From: Armatimonadota bacterium
Lineage (GTDB): Bacteria; Armatimonadota; HRBIN16
Direction: 5' to 3'
DNA: 64,000 bases
Assembly: GCA_963677485.1 (NCBI GenBank)
Contig: OY781964.1
Span: 544,001 to 608,000 of the forward strand
The notes beneath the pieces are model-generated. The model made no database searches. It worked only from the letters and a program-made list of their open reading frames with translations, and was not told the DNA's origin. Below are positions 60,467 to 64,000 of the stretch, one piece after another. Both the position numbers and the translations under genes were made by a program. How positions within the stretch are numbered: the first letter of the stretch is position 1; each line of letters begins with the position of its first letter.

Positions 60467-60705
60467 GCACCGCTCTTGAGTTCAAGGTGGTGTGTAATAT
60501 GATTAATCCGGTCGTAGGGATGACCCTTGTGGTCATCCGCAAATAGGGGTTGATGATGTTCGATAGCGTGTGCCCTTGAGTTCAAGGTGGCGCGTAATAT
60601 GAATAATCCGGTCGTAGGGATGACCCTTGTGGTCATCCGCAAATAGGGGTTGATGGTGTTCAATAGCGTGTGCGGATGACCACAAGGGTCATCCCTACGA
60701 CCGGA
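60467..60705. repeat. 100-bp tandem duplication carrying REP hairpins, closed by an inverted REP
   Basis: Units start at 60475 and 60575, each with gtagggatgacccttgtggtcatccgc; inverse copy ~60672-60705. Confidence 0.85.
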
Positions 60706-60734
60706 AGCATACCAAAGGAAAGGAGGGCTTATAC

Positions 60735-62168
60735 ATGGATGACACCATAAGAAAACTCACAGAAGAGATCATCGGACGAGCGTCCCAGGCGGCGGCGATT
60801 TTTGCAGAACTGGACCAGGCTGCTACGGATCGCATCGTCGATGCGGTTCACAGAGCGGCGTTCAACAATAGAGTCCGCCTGGCTCATATGGCGCATGAAG
60901 AAACGGGTATGGGCAAGTGGCAGGACAAGGTCATCAAGAATGTGGTGGCCGCTCAGCTTGTCTATGAAGATATCAAAAATCTTAAAACCGCAGGTGTCAT
61001 CAGTGAGGATTTTGTGAATGGCATCACAGAGATCGCCCAGCCTGTCGGGCCTATCCTGGCAATTATACCAGTCACGAATCCGACCTCTACCGTGATATTC
61101 AAAACGCTGATCGCACTGAAAACTAGAAACCCTATCATCATCAGTCCGTCGGGTAAAGCGAAGCGGTGTTGTTCAGAAACCGCAAGGGTCTGCTACGAAG
61201 CGGCCCTCGCTGCAGGGGCTCCTGATGACTGCATTCAATGGCTCACCGAAACCTCCCGCGAACAGACCCAGGCGTTGATGGCACACAAGAGCCTGGCAAT
61301 GATCCTGGCGACCGGCGGGACGGGCCTGGTCAAGACTGCATATAGTTCAGGCACACCGACCCTTGGGGTGGGTGCCGGCAACGTGCCCGTGTTCATAGAC
61401 ACCAGTGCAGACATCCCCTTCGCAGTCAGCCAGATTTTGATTTCGAAGCTGTTTGATAATGGCACCATATGCGCCAGTGAGCAGGCGTTGGTGGTGGAAT
61501 CGACTATCGCCCAGGAAGTGCGCAATGAGTTCGAGCGACAAGGAGCATACTACCTGTCTGCAGAGGAAACGACCAAGCTGGAAGAGGTCGCCTATGACAA
61601 AGCCAAAGGCGCTATGAACCCCGATATCGTGGGACAGTCGGCATCCTTCATCGCCGAAAAAGCCGGCATATCTGCTCCTGACGATGTTAAGCTGCTGATC
61701 TCTATCCAAAAAGGGGTGGGTGACAAACATCCATTATCATCGGAGATATTAGCCCCCATTCTCGCCTGTTATGTTGAAGACAGCTTCATTAACGCCGTCA
61801 ACCGCTGCATCGACCTGAACTTCTACGGAGGTATCGGCCATTCGGTCAGCATGTATGGTAATGATGAAGGGCGGATCACCGAGTTCGCACTCATGATGAA
61901 TGCAGGCCGGATCATCGTCAACTCACCCTGATCGCAGGGATCGGTGGGAGGGATATACAACCACCTGAGTCCGTCATTCACGTTGGGCTGCGGTACCGGA
62001 GGCAAAAACATCACTACGGACAACGTCACGGCCCGTCACCTGGTCAACATCCAGCGCATTGCACGCCGCCGCGAAAACCAGCGATTAATGCGTTTCGATA
62101 CAAAACTCTATCTGGACGAATCGCTTGATGTAGATGCGATCGAAGACAGATACAATAGTAACTACTAA
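60735..62168 (+). pseudogene. CoA-acylating aldehyde dehydrogenase (AdhE-N/EutE/SucD-like), in-frame TGA at 61929-61931
   Basis: PVTNPTST, LATGG, GVGAGN, DNGTICASEQ; NSP*SQGSVGG..SFTLGCG..G.N continues in frame. Confidence 0.88.
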
Positions 62169-62192
62169 CTCATGATTCATGGGAGGCATCAT

Positions 62193-62480
62193 ATGGACAT
62201 TAAAACTGTAGACGGCACGCTGATCTGTAACCTGGATGGGCAGATTGACACGCTTGAAAGTCAAAAGCTCGAAGCATTACTCAAGGAACACATTGCTGGG
62301 CAGCTGCCCGTCAGCTTTGATCTGAAGAGCGTCACATATATCTGTTCGGCATTCTTGCGGGTATGCCTTTATGTAGCCAAAACGGTCGGTGCTGCCAACT
62401 TTTCGTTGGTTGGATTAACGCCGCCAATCAAGCGTGTGTTTAAAATGGCAGGCATGTCAGAAATATTCAACGTTGAGTAG
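62193..62480 (+). CDS. STAS anti-sigma factor antagonist
   Basis: GQIDT, DLKSVTYICSAFLRV, VFKMAG; ATG 62193 after GGGAGG. Confidence 0.88.
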   Translation: MDIKTVDGTLICNLDGQIDTLESQKLEALLKEHIAGQLPVSFDLKSVTYICSAFLRVCLYVAKTVGAANFSLVGLTPPIKRVFKMAGMSEIFNVE

Positions 62481-62527
62481 TGCCCAGAAACTGCCGTCAG
62501 TGGCCTAACGCCTTGTAAGCAACTGGT

Positions 62528-62656
62528 CGTCGGGGCGTCCCTTGTGGGCGCCCTAAAATAGAACTATCGAATGAACAGCGATTAGGGCGCCCACAAGGGT
62601 CATCCTTACGAACGCATCTTTAATAACACGTGCTGACTTGAACTTAAGAGCGGTGC
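62528..62656. repeat. REP doublet plus a 20-bp inverted copy of 60467..60486
   Basis: ggggcgtcccttgtgggcgccctaa / ttagggcgcccacaaggg; cttgaacttaagagcggtgc at 62637-62656. Confidence 0.75.
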
Positions 62657-62722
62657 TCTCCTGCAAGACCGTCGCAGTTAACAGCCCTCGAATCCAACAC
62701 AGAGTGAGAAGTAGAGAAAGAT

Positions 62723-64000
62723 ATGAACACCAACACAATCACACCGAAACCAACCCTCCCAACGGCACGGCTCATGCTACGAGCCAGGCCCTCTGGCGTA
62801 GGGTTGGAAGTGCTCATGCATGGTGATGAAGGTAGGAATGTGCCGGTTATTCTGTATGGACGAGAAGCTGTCCGTTGCATGTCCGTGACAAGTGGTGGGA
62901 AATTCATCTACTTCAAAATCACCGATCAAGCATTCAAGAACGGCAAGTCACCGATGGTGGCCATCACGATAGACTACTTCGACGAAGGAAGTGGTGATAT
63001 CATCATTCAGTATGATTCGCTGGACGATACCACCAACCAGGGGGCATTCAAGTTAGTCACGTTGGCCAGGCTTGAGAACACGAAGAGCTGGAAGTCAGAG
63101 GCAGTGGACATTGCAGATGCACGCTTCGCCGGACGATGCAATGGCTATGACTTCCGCATAGCGGTGCCCACCGGTGTTGACCTGGCGGTATCCGCTGTCA
63201 AACTCGAATCGCTTGCCACTCCCTTCATCAAGAATTTCAAAGTTCCACCAGTCCGATGGCGAATCTGCAACACGAAGTATCCCACCCTCGACATCGTGAT
63301 AGCCGGTTATTCGGTAACGGAGTTCGGAGCCAAAGCTGATGGGGTGACCGACAACACGGCCGCCTTTCAGATGGCAATGAACGCGATGGCCAAAGCGGGC
63401 GGTGGAACGGTGTTTGTGCCCGAAGGCCGCTATGTCATCAGGCGAAACCTCAATGTGCCCACCAGCGTGACGCTACGCGGGGAGTGGAGGAAGCCTGTTA
63501 CAGGGAAATCAGTGGGCGGAACAGTGCTCATGGCGTATGCCGGTCGGGGCGCCAGCAAGGGGCGTCCGTTCATCGTGCTCAACCAGTGTACGGGCATTAA
63601 AGACATGAGCATCTGGTATCCCGAGCAGAAAGCCGATAACATCGTGCCCTACCCATACTGCATCCGGCAGGCGAACGGCATGAGCGTCATGATGGAAAAC
63701 ATCACACTCGTCAACCCATATCAAGGAATTCAGATAGGACCTGACCAGACCGAGCTGCACTACATCAAAAACCTCTACGGCACGCCACTGCTCACCGGTA
63801 TCCAATTTGATTTCATTTCCGACATCGGTCGGCTGGAGAACCTGCATTTTTCACCCGACATCTGGAGTGACTCGGGCCTGCCAGGCGCCCCACCCCGAAA
63901 TGGAGCCCATGCCAAGTGTATATATCAAAACGGCACGGCCTTACGAACCTATCGGTGTGACTGGCAGTATGCGGCCTTTGTGAATATCAGCGGCTACAAA
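62723..64000 (+). CDS. Pectate-lyase-3/GH28-like beta-helix glycosidase with N-terminal CBM-like domain, runs off the window
   Basis: Manual translation: IDYFDEG...QYDS; SVTEFGAKADGVTDNTAAFQ.A...GGGTVFVPEGRY...VTLRGEW. No stop before 64000. Confidence 0.8.
   Translation, partial: MNTNTITPKPTLPTARLMLRARPSGVGLEVLMHGDEGRNVPVILYGREAVRCMSVTSGGKFIYFKITDQAFKNGKSPMVAITIDYFDEGSGDIIIQYDSLDDTTNQGAFKLVTLARLENTKSWKSEAVDIADARFAGRCNGYDFRIAVPTGVDLAVSAVKLESLATPFIKNFKVPPVRWRICNTKYPTLDIVIAGYSVTEFGAKADGVTDNTAAFQMAMNAMAKAGGGTVFVPEGRYVIRRNLNVPTSVTLRGEWRKPVTGKSVGGTVLMAYAGRGASKGRPFIVLNQCTGIKDMSIWYPEQKADNIVPYPYCIRQANGMSVMMENITLVNPYQGIQIGPDQTELHYIKNLYGTPLLTGIQFDFISDIGRLENLHFSPDIWSDSGLPGAPPRNGAHAKCIYQNGTALRTYRCDWQYAAFVNISGYK

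Noticed and set aside
60475-60705. CRISPR array
   Set aside because: Only two units, the would-be spacers are near-identical, the third copy is inverted, and no cas genes are present. It fits a REP duplication.
11832-61931. Alternative genetic code or stop-codon reassignment
   Set aside because: The internal stops are of all three types, once each, and TAA, TAG and TGA all end normal genes in this window.
1-64000. rRNA or tRNA genes, integrase or transposase genes
   Set aside because: None recognised by eye; tRNAscan-SE and HMM searches would be needed to exclude them.

Overview
Bacterial chromosomal window, mostly GC-rich, from a carbohydrate-degrading organism. The gene style suggests Armatimonadota, but that is an impression only. 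From left to right it holds: (1) a GH5 gene running off the left edge; (2) an AbiE type IV TA cassette bracketed by a 36-bp direct repeat; (3) two glycoside-hydrolase-like genes; (4) dapB under a c-di-AMP (ydaO) riboswitch; (5) a 349-bp MITE; (6) a type I RM locus (hsdM-hsdS-GxxExxY-hsdR) laced with CGCGGAG repeats; (7) mreBCD, rtcB, a VapBC-type pair, tldD and a GAF-only protein; (8) a large sugar/amino-sugar catabolic cluster; (9) a low-GC reverse transcriptase-nitrilase (DRT1-like) gene preceded by a structured, inverted-repeat-bounded candidate ncRNA; (10) a 13-kb partner-switching cluster (STAS-GPP34 fusion, Cache-HAMP-PP2C-RsbW hybrid, three binding proteins, ABC importer, acylating aldehyde dehydrogenase, STAS); (11) a beta-helix glycosidase running off the right edge. 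Five genes carry single lesions (two 1-nt frameshifts; in-frame TAG, TAA and TGA), and three of them are defence genes. These may be real or assembly errors. All calls come from reading motifs by eye; no searches were run.
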